The notes beneath the pieces were generated by a model. That model saw nothing but the letters and a program-made list of their open reading frames with translations, was not told the origin of the DNA and did no database searches. The position numbers and the translations under genes are program-made. DNA of 64,000 nucleotides from Adineta vaga (Eukaryota; Animalia; Rotifera), in NCBI GenBank assembly GCA_021613535.1, contig CP075493.1, positions 14,818,001-14,882,000 on the forward strand. Direction: 5' to 3'. Shown here in pieces: positions 50,005 through 62,149 of the stretch (positions within the stretch are counted from its first letter, which is position 1; each line of letters opens with the position of its first letter).

Positions 50005-51347
50005 ATGGAGTCAACTTCGAAAGACATTACTCGCATCTATGTGTCTGATAATCGTAAAAGTTTGATTGTGCTGACTCATCCACAGGTTTGCTTCCTATTG
50101 CCTTTAATCGAACATAAATTAAAGCAGTGCGCTATTTTATTGGCAACATATTCTGATCCGAATCGTGCAATAAAGAAGATTAAGCGATTACCATTTGATA
50201 AAATATTTCTTATTCGTTGTCAATCATCTGTCAACCAGACCGATTCCCATTATTTAAGTTATGAATTGCCAAAAATCGATGGCAGCTACGGTATCGACGA
50301 ACATAGTGATTTTGATGATGTTTTCGAAGATTTATATGAGAATTTAATATTAACAGCATGTTGCAATTCAGTCTCGTCATCAACAGAATCATTACGATTA
50401 GAAACAAACGCAATAACAATTGATACATATCATCCCGATTCGGTAAGCAACGAAAAGATGCGTTTCCTATGGAGCCAAATTTTAGTTAATGTTATTCTAA
50501 ATTTGGCTCGACCATCTCAAGCGGAAATCGTAAAAGTTTCACGAAATTTATTGATCTACATTCTAATAATCCAGTAGCACAGAGAGAGCTCGTTAATTTT
50601 CGTCAAACTTACCCTGCAACTGGTGCGACGTGGTGGTATACACAGACAACTGAAGTTTATTCTACAATCAATAAGTCCTTTGAATATATGAATATTGATC
50701 ATATATTCGATCTGCGTTACTTCCTTACAGATCTTCATAGTCGTTTAGAATCCTTATACCGTGATCAAAAACAACTGAGATCCGCTGCACCAGTTGTATA
50801 TCGCTACTTTAATACACCCTCAAGAATTAGCTTCAGCGATATATCCAAAAATGTGGCTGGCTTCCTCTCATTTAATACATTTCTTTCGTCTACCAGATCA
50901 CATCCTGATTACAATGTAGGTACCGAAAACGATATAGCGTTTGAAATTGTCAATCTCGACACCGATGACGAGCCCGCAGTGCCCTTTGCATATATTTTTG
51001 CGGAGTCAGCAACTAATGATAATCGTGAAATATTGTTCTCGTGGAATAGCCCATTTCGAGTGCAATCAGTAGGAAAATCAGAAAAGGGTGTCTCGTTTGC
51101 TGTACTTGAGTTAATTACAAAACAAAAGCTACGTGAAACTCTAGATGAAATTGCTCGTCCATTCGTTGGTACAATCTGTCACCCTGAAAAGTTGTTAGCT
51201 TATGGACGAAAGCTAGAAAATAACGGTGGAATTGACAGAGCAATAATGTACTACAAAGAATTATTCAAAATAATGTTATTGAACAATCAATATCGTCATA
51301 TTAAGATGTATGAACAGTTGGATCAACTCAACAAGGAATGTAAGTAA
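50005..51347 (+). CDS. Short, divergent ADP-ribosyltransferase-family protein (one TPR-like unit); frameshift or weak intron near 50530-50582
   Basis: RFLWSQILVNVIL, ATWWYTQ, LRYFLTDLH, VYRY, FLSFNTFLSST, PFAYI, NREILF..PFRV are homologous to the two ART-TPR genes in this window. Confidence 0.72.
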
Positions 51348-51759
51348 ACATGTTGTTTTGTTTCAGTTAATACTACATTATTTGTTTGTACTTAGTCGAT
51401 TTCGAAAACAAAACGGAACAATATTTTAGTAGCTATATTAGACCGACAGATGATGTGGATCATACTTCCGACGAAATTGATGAACTGATTGACAATTAGA
51501 ACAGTACATTCCACCGAATTACTTTTACTAACAAACTTTATTTTCATCAATATTACATCGCTTTTCTTTAATTTCATGCTTGCAATGATTTGTGTGCACC
51601 TTTTATTGTTAAATCACATTAGTTTTCTTTATTCATGAGCCATATGATATTTAATCTCGATAGGTTTCTTTTCTATTTCTCATACGAAATACTTGAAGTG
51701 TAGGGGTTACGTTGAAATTAACAATTCATTAGTCATCGTCATGTGCACTTCGTTAAATA

Positions 51760-52313
51760 TGAAATGACTGAAAGTATTAACCATCAATTTATTCGAAAAG
51801 CATTTGGATATGAGAAAGTCGATACAGTAGTGTCAATTGTTGCATCTATAATATACGAAATCGTAATGTATAAACATCTGCGAATACTTACATCCGCATT
51901 GTTTGGATAACAAACAAGTATAATTGATATCTTCTCGATATTTTGAATTACTAATACATATAAAATATTGATTTTCGCAACAATGAATATCACATGAAAG
52001 ACTTCTTGACATTTGAATAACACCAACTCTGGACATTGAGATGATGATACTAACCGATTGTATGTATATCGTCTTTGAATAATCGACATTGTCGTAATAC
52101 AGACAAACTATAATTAATAATATACTACACGAAATATTTTCATTACAAGGAATTCTCGATGAATATCGAAAGTAGTTGTCCTAGTTGATTGACAAGAGGA
52201 TATTGAGTATCATAAAGATAATAAATCAATTGAGAATGGAGTATATCTTGTGAATAAGTTCGATGAATTAATAAAATAAGAATAAAAAATAGTCGGTGGA
52301 TGATATTAATCAT
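51760..52313 (-). pseudogene. Possible decayed secreted Cys-rich gene
   Basis: Signal-like exon MINIIHRLFFILILLIHRTYSQ ends at a gtaatg donor. Downstream Cys-rich segments (CDIHCCENQYFIC, TCLLSKQCGC) are broken by stops and frame changes. Confidence 0.35.
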
Positions 52314-52697
52314 TTGTTGACTACGAGATTTAGATATAAAAACAGGAATACCATTCTCCAGCTTTCTCATACAAACATTGAATTTCAATATTATTTCTTA
52401 ATTATAAAGATAAATGATCAAATTTTTCTACTGATTGATCCGAATAGAAATCATAGTATAAAATGAACTTTACATTAAATTCTCTTCTAAATATAATAAT
52501 CTCACCTAAATTGCTCTCAAGTTATTCAGTTTCTTGATAAAAAGAACAGTGAATTTTTAAAATCATTTTTGAGAATGTCGTAAATGACATCTTAAATGCA
52601 AATCGGTAGATTACATCTTTATACACATTTGGTTTTTTTGTTATTGACATAAAAGTTGATCTATGGATAAGAAAATTCTTGAGTCTTTTTAATGAGA

Positions 52698-53324
52698 TCA
52701 TCCAATATTTGTCGATATTTGGTTGATGGAAGATGCGTGCGTAGCATCAAGAGGTTTGTCATGTTCGAAGGCTTTATCAGCAAGTGAATAAGCGAATCGA
52801 AAATACTTCAATGCTAATTCGTGTTTGTTCTCTTGTAATAATTTTTTTCCATCTTCAGTTAAAATGTTACTCATATCACGACCAAGTCTTATTAATAAAT
52901 CTGTTGGATGATTAAACATATGCATTTCTAATCCATCTTTAATACATTTGAGACTCCATTCAATATACTTTTCTATATGTCCACAAAAAATATAGCATGT
53001 TTCAATTGGATATTTTCTTTCTTGAATTTTTGGAAGAATTTCTCTACCTAATGATGCCGATGAGATAAATATAATCTTTTTTTCCAAATTCAAATGATAT
53101 TCGATAAGTTTTAATGCTTCGTTTTCTGTCTGGGCAAAATCGATTGGTGCACTATATTCACGTACAGCACAAATAAGATCGTCTATTGGATCTAGCGGAA
53201 GTGGTGGAACAGCTACTGTTTCTACAAGATTTACTTGAAATTCTGTTTTCATTGATCGATTATTGTCTTTTGCACCAATAAATTCATCCAACCAAATAAT
53301 AGCGTATCCATTATCAAGTACCAT
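52698..53324 (-). CDS. Stand-alone receiver-like domain + single TPR-like helix pair (ART-less family member)
   Basis: IIWLDEFIG, FAQTENEALKLI, IFISSASLGREILPKI, CYIFCGH parallel the N-terminal domain of 43733-45775. It ends with a TPR-like GKKLLQENKHELALKYFRFAY. A possible frameshift lies near the C-terminus. Confidence 0.72.
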   Translation of the reverse strand: MVLDNGYAIIWLDEFIGAKDNNRSMKTEFQVNLVETVAVPPLPLDPIDDLICAVREYSAPIDFAQTENEALKLIEYHLNLEKKIIFISSASLGREILPKIQERKYPIETCYIFCGHIEKYIEWSLKCIKDGLEMHMFNHPTDLLIRLGRDMSNILTEDGKKLLQENKHELALKYFRFAYSLADKAFEHDKPLDATHASSINQISTNIG

Positions 53325-54059
53325 TTCTACTGAAATGTTTCGAATTTAAAGCAATTGAAGTGAATCGACAACGCACGCGACTTTCTTTTATTTTCGGTAG
53401 AAAATGGACGTTGTAAAACAGAAAAAACCGTGTACGTTTATTTGATGAGTTATTCGCACAAAAGAAATAACGACGAAACTGGTTTTTTTTCGTGTTCTGT
53501 TTTACCTTGGAAAATTCCGACATTGATTTGACTTTTTCTTCTTCTCCTTAGTGTGCCATTTCTCTGATGTGGTCTGTTAGAAATGCGTAATCGTTGCATT
53601 GTAAAATTTATTTTACGTTCTTATAACAAATTGAAAGAAGAATATCGAAATTTAATATGACATTTGTGTCAACCTTTCTAACTCGAGAATTTGATTTGAT
53701 TTTTTGCTTTATGAAAACGTGAAGATTGATATTTGTTGTTTATTAAAGATACTGCTATTGAATCAAGTAGGTAAGCATGAGTATATGATATATTTCATCA
53801 TTTTCATTTACATACATTTCTTTGGAGATAATAATATTCATTTTATTCTTCAATAAAAGATTGTGTGCATGCAACGCGATAAGACATTGGTTGAGAAAGC
53901 ATTCGTAATTGGTATTTTACAATTCGAGCAAAAATTTTGTCTGATCAACCGTGTGCTACCACAAAAATTAATCATATAAATCACTAATTTTTTATTGACT
54001 CTTTCGTTTCCCATTAATAAACAGAAAGTTGAAAAAAATCTGTAAACGTTTTGAACAGC

Positions 54060-54900
54060 TTTCTCATTCCAAATATGTATATATACGACGTAGAGATTCA
54101 TTACTTTTTCAAAATTGGTCTCTCTATCACATTGGAACAGACAGGAAAAGTTACTGCTCTTCTGATTACAACAATCAACTAAAAAATGGATTGTACAAAA
54201 ATGAAATAAATTAGCATGATTTAATTTCATGAACCTTACAATATACTTCAATCTACCAATCGTTCTGCAACAATTATGATGTGTCTAAAATACGATGTAT
54301 ATTCCTAACATTTTGTCTAGATTAATTGTGTCGAAAGAGGAAAAGGAACACAGCAGGTATGCCATGTTTCGATCATAAAGAGTGTCTTATTCAAATAGTA
54401 ATTAAGTATGCAGACACGCTGTTTTACATACTTATGCGTATTTTGTTCTCTTCCTTTTCAATCAATATAGTATAATAGAAGAAAATTAGGCTGTCTATTA
54501 CTTCTACATTCTAATAAGAAAAGTAAACAATATTTTGAAAAAAATGTTTAAATGAGTAGTGACACTTCATTTATTTTGTTAATATAGATCAATGATAATG
54601 AAACGAATTTGATCATTGAAGGCATCTATAGGAACACATAATAAAATTGTTGATAAAATGCTATATTTAAAATATCTTTCGGAAACAATCATTGTTCGGT
54701 TGGATGGATGCCTTTCAATATGATAGAGCGATTGTGAATGTGATCTCTCGTCTGTCATACATCAGTGATGGTGGTAATAGTTTTGGAGATATATCGAGTG
54801 GTTTTGTTGACACATTATGATGTGTTTTCTCGTTATCTTCTATACTCGACTTTTGTTTTCTTCAATTATGTTATTTCATTTTTTCTCATGGAAGTTGATT
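54060..54900 (+). pseudogene. Decayed, internally deleted duplicate of the 55428-56469 locus
   Basis: Colinear similarity, e.g. ctaaaaaatggattgtac (54179 vs 55471), aacaattatgat.tgtct, ggaaacaatc.t.gttcg..tgga, and intronic gtaataagaaaa.taaac. Contains multiple stops. Confidence 0.75.
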
Positions 54901-54972
54901 ACATACTTTCTTCTATATTAAGGAAGGGATGAATCTCTGTTTCGTTAAAGAACATTTTAATTAGTTCATATA

Positions 54973-55042
54973 TTTGACGGTGGGTGACAAGATGAACGTG
55001 ATCGAAGCATATGTGCCCATATATCCACATCCATACCCTTAA
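54973..55042. repeat. Head-to-head telomere-like cassette, degenerate copy
   Basis: TTTGACGGTGGGTG ... ATATCCACATCCATACCCTTAA resembles 23805-23870 with substitutions and sits at the junction between the duplicate and the intact locus. Confidence 0.55.
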
Positions 55043-55427
55043 TATTTTTTTCGGAATTTGTCGAAACTAGACAAGAACATTATCTTATGACCATTCCAAC
55101 ATAAAAAAAAATTCGTTACAGCTACTTAATTTTTGTTTTACTCTTCCCTTTTGCGTCATTAAACCGAAAATAAAAAACACAAAAACATTTAATTAAAAGT
55201 GGGAAAAACACCAAAACACCTTGCAGTACTTCCTTTTTAAACATGTATATATACTTCGAAGCCGTAAAGATTGATTACTTTTCTTAAGAACCTGTTTCTC
55301 TGTCACATACAATAACTATTCGAACACATAGATATCGAAATTTCAAGTGACCGAAATATATTCATATACATTTTGTACAATTAAAGATCTAGTATGGCTT
55401 GGACTACAATTATTATTTGAATTTTAC

Positions 55428-56469
55428 AATGTACATGAATAATTATTACTCTTCTGGTTACAATGATCGACTAAAAAATGGATTGTACGGAAATCAAATG
55501 AATCAGAATTATTTGACTTCATGGCCCTTACAATATGCTTCAACCTACCAACCGTTCTACAACAATTATGATATGTCTATGCAAAACGCTGGATTCTATC
55601 CTGCCGTAGATGGTTGGCGACTTAATTTGGGTCGTTCAGGCAATAACTCTGGCAATCGTAATGGTCGTGCAGGTCCAGCAGCAATGTTACAAGGTAGGTA
55701 ATTTAAGGGTCGATTGTCCTAATATCTTGACTAAAGAAATTTTATCGACAGAAGAAGAAAGATAATACAGGTAGATAATTTTTCAACTATCAATAGTGTC
55801 TTATTCGGATGATAATTAAGCATGCCGACATGTTGTTTTCAATGCTTAATTATTATTTTCACTCTTCATTTTTAACTAACGTAGTAAATGACAGGAGAAA
55901 ATTAGATTGTTTATCACTTCCCAATCTTAATGCGTTTTATAACATATAGGTTGTAATAAGAAAAATAAACGATATTTTGTTAAAATGTTTAGATGAGTAA
56001 TGAGAATGACATTATTTTGTCAATACAAATGAATAGTAACAAAATTCTATACATAGATTATGAGATTAATCTTTGAAAGCATTTGAATACATGATACTAT
56101 GACTGATGAAATGCTTTATTTAAAGGGCTTTTTGGAAACAATCGTCGTTCGAATGGACGCGCGCCTTTCAATATGGTACAGCGTCGTGAAAACAGTGGGG
56201 CTGGTAGAGCGTTTGGAAATGTGATCCCTGGCATGGCTCCTGCTGTAGTCGGTGGTCTGTTAGGCGGGCAACAACCTCTAGCGGGGAGACTCGCCCAAGC
56301 AGGATTAAATAATATGCTTCGTCGACGTGGTGGTGGTGGTGGCGGCGGTGGTGCTAATTTCGTGGAGGCACTTGGAAATGTAGCAGAAATAAGTGGAAAC
56401 GTAGGAGATATAAGCGGAAATTTAGGTGATATTAATGATTTCGTCGGTGGTATTGGTGATTTACTTTAA
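55428..56469 (+). CDS. Low-complexity N/Y/Q- then G/R/N-rich protein, at least 2 exons
   Basis: Exon 1 (MYMNNYYSSGYN...AAMLQ G|gtaggt) can join in phase to the exon from ~56126 (GLFGNNRRSNG...RRRGGGGGGGG...GNVAEISGNVGDISGNLGDIND). Both are GC-rich relative to the flanks. The start codon and a possible microexon at 55752-55770 are uncertain. Confidence 0.6.
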
Positions 56470-57132
56470 TGTAGTTTATCACTATCTTCCACATTCAACT
56501 ATTGTTTTTATCAGCATATTATCAACTTTATTTACTTCCTTTTTGTTCTCCTCAATTGACTTATTTTATGCTTTTTTTTAATAAAAGTTAATCACCTTTT
56601 TTTCTTTTCAATGAAGAGATGAAATCTACGTTTTATTAGAGCATATTCTTATTAGTTTGTCTTCATTTATTAATATATTCATCAATATTTTTCATATAGT
56701 TTCATATAATTAATTACTTGTCGTAATCATGATTTCATTTCATAGATTTTTTCTATATTATTCAGACTATTAATTAAATAAATGAGACAATTTTGTTCAC
56801 TTTATGTGTTTGAAAGACGAACCACATGCCTTCAAAACTGTTTGTTATGTAAAAGGTGAATATACAATTTTGTCGTTTCTTCTCAGTGTATCGTCTATGA
56901 GAATATCGATTGGTTAAAAATAAGACAAACCACAAAACATATTTTGCTTTTTAACAATAGGAATAGAACAAAAAAAGGAAAGTAAAATGGTACGAAGGCG
57001 TTTATCAACGATGTATGAAAGTAATTGTGATGATAAGAATACAAAAAGAAAAGAATATGTTGAAAAAAATGCGTTGTTTTTATCATTGTAGATCAAATCA
57101 TCGACGTTCTTTTTAGAAGAATAAAAATCTCA

Positions 57133-58014
57133 ATGACATCAACTAGTCCTGATGTGACTTTTGAATATCGTAGTGCAGACGATACTTTGATTACTACCTA
57201 TTGTTGGAATACAAATGAACGACCGCGTGCTGTAATGCAATTGACACATGGTATGGGTGAACATGCATTACGTTACGGCGAGTTTGCTAGAGCACTCAAT
57301 GCTAAAGGAATAGTTGTATATGCTCAGGATCAACGTGGTCATGGGGCTACAGGAAAATTAACAAACAATTTAGGTCGTCTAGGACATGATGGATGGAAAA
57401 TGCTTATTAACGACATTCATTTATTAGTTAAATATGTCCGTTCAAAAAATCCAGATATTCCTCTGATTTTACTGGGACATAGCATGGGTTCTTTCGCTAT
57501 TCAACAATATCTTCTTGATCATAGTATGGAAATCGATGCAGTTATATTGACTGGAACTGTTGCTATAGATTTGCTTGAATCCGGATTCGATTTAGATCAA
57601 CCATTTAAACTTGATGCATTGAATACACCATTTCAACCAGCAAGAACGAATTTCGATTGGTTAACTCGAGATGAATCAATCGTTGATGCTTATATCAATG
57701 ATCCACAATGTGGTTTTGGATTGGACATAGAATCAATCAAAGGTATGTTTTCTGGTGGTCGACGTTTAGTTGACACAACAACTGTACAACAGATAAGAAA
57801 TGATCTACCTATCTATATTTCCGTTGGTGAATCCGATCCTATTCACCATCAATTAGCTGGAGTAAGAATACTTGTTGATCGTCTTCAAACAGCAGGTTTG
57901 ATAAATATCACTCTCAAAACTTATCCAGACGCACGTCATGAAGTTTTAAATGAAACAAATCGTTGTGATATTGTAAACGATCTTTTATCTTGGATTGAAA
58001 ATAAAATATTATAA
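57133..58014 (+). CDS. Alpha/beta hydrolase (lysophospholipase/monoglyceride lipase type), intronless, bacterial-like
   Basis: THGMGEHALRY, DQRGHG, nucleophile elbow GHSMG, WLTRD...YINDPQCG, GESDPI (Asp), ARHEVLNE (His). Confidence 0.93.
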   Translation: MTSTSPDVTFEYRSADDTLITTYCWNTNERPRAVMQLTHGMGEHALRYGEFARALNAKGIVVYAQDQRGHGATGKLTNNLGRLGHDGWKMLINDIHLLVKYVRSKNPDIPLILLGHSMGSFAIQQYLLDHSMEIDAVILTGTVAIDLLESGFDLDQPFKLDALNTPFQPARTNFDWLTRDESIVDAYINDPQCGFGLDIESIKGMFSGGRRLVDTTTVQQIRNDLPIYISVGESDPIHHQLAGVRILVDRLQTAGLINITLKTYPDARHEVLNETNRCDIVNDLLSWIENKIL

Positions 58015-58528
58015 CATAAACGTTCAATTCTTATTAAAAATAAACTTGTTCTTTAACAACATTTTTATTCCATTTATAATTACAATGCTAATGATGTGAA
58101 AAAGTTTTGTCGTTTTTAATTGCAGTATAAATCACAAAAGCAATTTTGTTTCAAGTATACTTGTACAGAAATAAATGATCAAAAGTTGCATATTATTCGA
58201 CATCTTCCAACCCGAAATATTTCGAGAAAGAATTTTGTTATGTTAAAGCAAATATTATGAGTTTAATTAAGTACTGTGCAGGCAAAGAATCTAACTTTAG
58301 ATATGTCTGTATCGACGGCGAGAAGAATAATTGAATTGAAAGAAATAATTCTTAACACTTTTTGTTTCCTATCGAAAAAATAATTATAATTGTCGTCATC
58401 AGGCAACAGAATATGAATTTATATAATTTACACTATTTCCTGTACGTCATACTTTCTTTGATTTAAATTTGAACAACATTAGTTAACATAATATATTCAT
58501 TTATTTTCTAATCAAAAAAACATTTACA

Positions 58529-60429
58529 ATGCGCACTGTAAAATCGTGTTTTCTTCTTTTAATACTGAATATAATCGATCATTCTCTACAAAACCAAGCA
58601 TTTCAATCAATAATAACAGTTGAACAACAAGGTACTGATTTCATTCCGGCAAATCCAATTGAATTCATTGCAAATTATTCTGATCGATCAACATTAATGT
58701 CTTGTTATCATTTATGTAATAGAAATCCATTGTGTCGGACATTTATTAGTGATAGTACTTATCCATTTGCTTGTCGTCTTTATCAAGGTACAATCAATAC
58801 GGGTACAGTCGTTATTTCTCCATCAGTCACCTCACAAGTTGCTAGTCTTCATTATGATGCGTCATTCTATACAAATTACAATCAAACATGCGATGAAAAC
58901 GCACCTCCAGTTGATCGTTATTTAGTTTGTATACATGAATTATATCGTTGTCCATCTGGTACTTATTGGAATGGAAAAATATGTTTAAATCAAGTCTATT
59001 ATGGTAATTCATGTTCTTCAGTGGATATGTGTCGACAAGATATTGGTTTGACTTGTTTATCATGTGGTACATGTTATTGTCCATCGACTGCAATTTGGAA
59101 TGGTACATCATGTGGTAAGCATAAACAGAGATGAGAAAAAAATTTTAATTGAATAGCTTCATTTAGTTCCAAGTGACATAAAAACAAGTCCAAGTCTATT
59201 ACCAATTAGTCCAAATTTGACAGCATTATGGTTATTGGATAATAATACTGATGATTTGATGAATCATTTTAATGGAACATTAATTGGAAATGCATCATTT
59301 GTTACAGGATATGTTGGTCAAGCAATTGCATTGACTAATAACAGCTATATACTTCTATCTTATATAGATTTTTATTTGCGAAGTTTTACAATTGAACTGT
59401 GGTTGTATGTTACAGATAACTTTGCTGGTGTACCGATATTTGGTCAATGTTCATCTTTTAGTTATCAATTATGTCTTCATGTAGGATTGAATACAGATTT
59501 AACTCTTCATTTTGGCTTTTGGGATGATGATGTTAATAGTTTAGCAACTTTATCTTTGAATCAATGGCACCATGTAACCTTTGTTTATGATTATACTCTT
59601 CGTCAACGATTTATTTATCTAAACGGTGTATCAGTATGGTTATCGATATCATATCTAAGTGGTTCTCATACTTATCTTGGTCAAACGGGTATCACATCAT
59701 TTGGAAAAGTCATACCTTTTCCTGATCAATATTTTGGATATATTGATCATGTTTCAATAACTCATCGTGCAAAAACATCGAATGAAATTTTAAATGATGC
59801 GACTCTTGTTGCCTATTATACATTTGATACTCAATCTATCTTAGATTCAGGACCTAATTTATTACATGGTTTTGCAATAAATCACACATATACTACAGGT
59901 CGAATCAACGATGCTATTCAGTTAAACTCTTCATTTGCTTATTTTCAAGCATTTGGTTTTACAGCTTTAGGTATGAGTAACACTTCATTTTCAATTGCAC
60001 TCTGGATCAAACCTCGTCGTCTCAATGGTAGTCTAATTCATTTGTCTACTGCATCCAATGGTACTGGTTCATGTGAAACCATTCTTGGTTTTAGTCAATC
60101 AGGCAATTTAATCGTTCAAATTTCCAATTCAAGTATCAATGGACCCATTCCGATCCTCAACATTTGGACACATATTACTTATACATTCAATATGAACAAT
60201 GGTATTTGTTTATATATAAATGGAGTAATTATATACATGCAGTGGAAATGGTGTTATCAAAGATGGTCCGAATATACCTGTGTATATGACTCTTGCTAAT
60301 CGATTATTAGGAATCAATAATTGCAAATCGGGAAATATAAGTGATCTATCGTATGAAGGAGCAGTGGATGAACTACGTATTTATAATCGTGAAGTTACTC
60401 TTGCAGAAATATGTGTATTGGCTTCCTAA
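58529..60429 (+). CDS. Secreted PAN/apple + Cys-rich + two LamG-like jellyroll domains; 1-nt frameshift near 60227
   Basis: Signal peptide; CYHLCNRNPLCRTF..CRLY (PAN); Cys-rich module; SFTIELW, LNQWHHVTFVYD, YLNG, GYIDHV. The second LamG domain ends YEGAVDELRIYNREVT..LAS* only after a frame change at aatggagtaattatataca. Confidence 0.85.
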
Positions 60430-61169
60430 AGTAGATGAGTGCACTTATGTTTTCGTTTGTGCTTTTTGTATTTGTTATTGTATGTGAAAAATGCTTATTA
60501 ACTATTAAATTATTTTATCAATAAAATGACAATTGATTGTACCTAATACCGAGTGGATTGAACTCACTTGAAAGTAGTTTAATCCCCCTTCTTTTCTCGC
60601 AAAGTGTTTTAAAGAGTTTTACAGAGAAACAATAATTTTTCATACTAATATTTCAACTTTCTGATTTCTGAGTTGGAGAGATTTTTTTGCCAGTTTTCGA
60701 TCGAGTCGTTGTACTATACTCACTCACGGTTTTATGCATGCTTAATAGTTTTTCTTCAAAAAATTGTATTTCAATCAACATGCAATAAGAAAACAAATTC
60801 ATTTAGTTCATGGATTAATTCACGAGTTTTGATCTGATTTTCCAGCGTGTCCTTTCTCTCTTTCTGAATCTCTATTTCAAGGAATTATGAAAATCGAAAT
60901 GAATAATTCAATTATTTTTATGATCCAATACTCTGTAAAATACAGTCACTCAGTACATACTACCGAGAAAAATTAAATGGCATCACAGATGTCTGTATTT
61001 TCTTTCTTTCATCTCCATCAACACCCAGTTTTTTAATGACTTTTCATGCAAGATTTTTCTTATCGAAAGATGAGAGAACTTGAAAATATGTATTGTTCTG
61101 TCTATGTTTGAATTTAATCTTCAATTATAGTACAAGAATTCTTCTTCAGTTATATAGTGAAAGATATGG

Positions 61170-62149
61170 TCATGTTAGTCTGTTTAAAGGCATTACTCGT
61201 GCTGGTGGTGATCTTGCTATCATACAACATAGTTTCTTTTTAATTTGTTTACGTAAAACTGGAAATTGACATAATGATACGATTGGAAAGAAAAGAATAG
61301 CCGTATAACTTAGAAAATCGAACCAGAACTCTACTTCGACGCTGCCTTCTGCGGATAAACCACAGGATTGAGCAATAAAGACGATATATAGTGGTAAATT
61401 TAGAGTAATATTAATGCCTGAAACCAGAAGTAACTGAATGATCATTCGCCGTTTTTTTCGCTAATCGATCGACTGACGAAGACATCGTTTTAGCCATAGC
61501 ACGCGTGCAAGAAGACCAGTACTAACAATACTTTCTAAGATAACTGGACCACAATAGTTAACATTCGTTTCCCACATATCCAAAAACTCGTATGCTTTAA
61601 GACATGGATCGACACCGCAGTATAAAGCTGAATAATCATAGACATTGTCATAAGGTAGAAAGAAAATACCAATCGTATAGAAGAGAAAATAAACACTACA
61701 ATAGTAATCAAAGGAAGATAATGGAAAAGTAATCTTCCTCGTTGATTAGCCACCCATCGGTCATGAAAAATCAAAATGTGTCGTTCAATAGCTAACCATG
61801 CCATTAGAAGAATTCCTGCACAATAACAACCATAATCTGCTGATAACCACAGAAGACATAGGATAGGTACTGATGGTTGCACAACACCATGGCGAAGAAT
61901 AATAAGATACAAACTAATATCCAACAATTGAACCGGTAAGCTCACTAATAGTATCATGAAAATAGTATGACTGTACAATGCATGCCGTTGAGTTCGATCA
62001 ATTATAATATGAAAAATTAGACAAAAACTGCAGACAAGTGAAGGAATATCAAAGAGAAGTATAATCCAGAAACGAATTGGATGTGGTAGAGAAATTTCCG
62101 ATGAGCTATACCAATCATCTGTACTATTCGAGTTAATATTAGTAGCCAT
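61170..62149 (-). pseudogene. ERH-type GPCR pseudogene (paralog of 41789-42787)
   Basis: RFWIILLFDIPS, AIERHILIFH, LFHYLPL. A frameshift follows TM4 (~61690), and TAG replaces the Trp of the WRKxRxM motif (SID*RKKRRM, ~61462). Confidence 0.85.
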
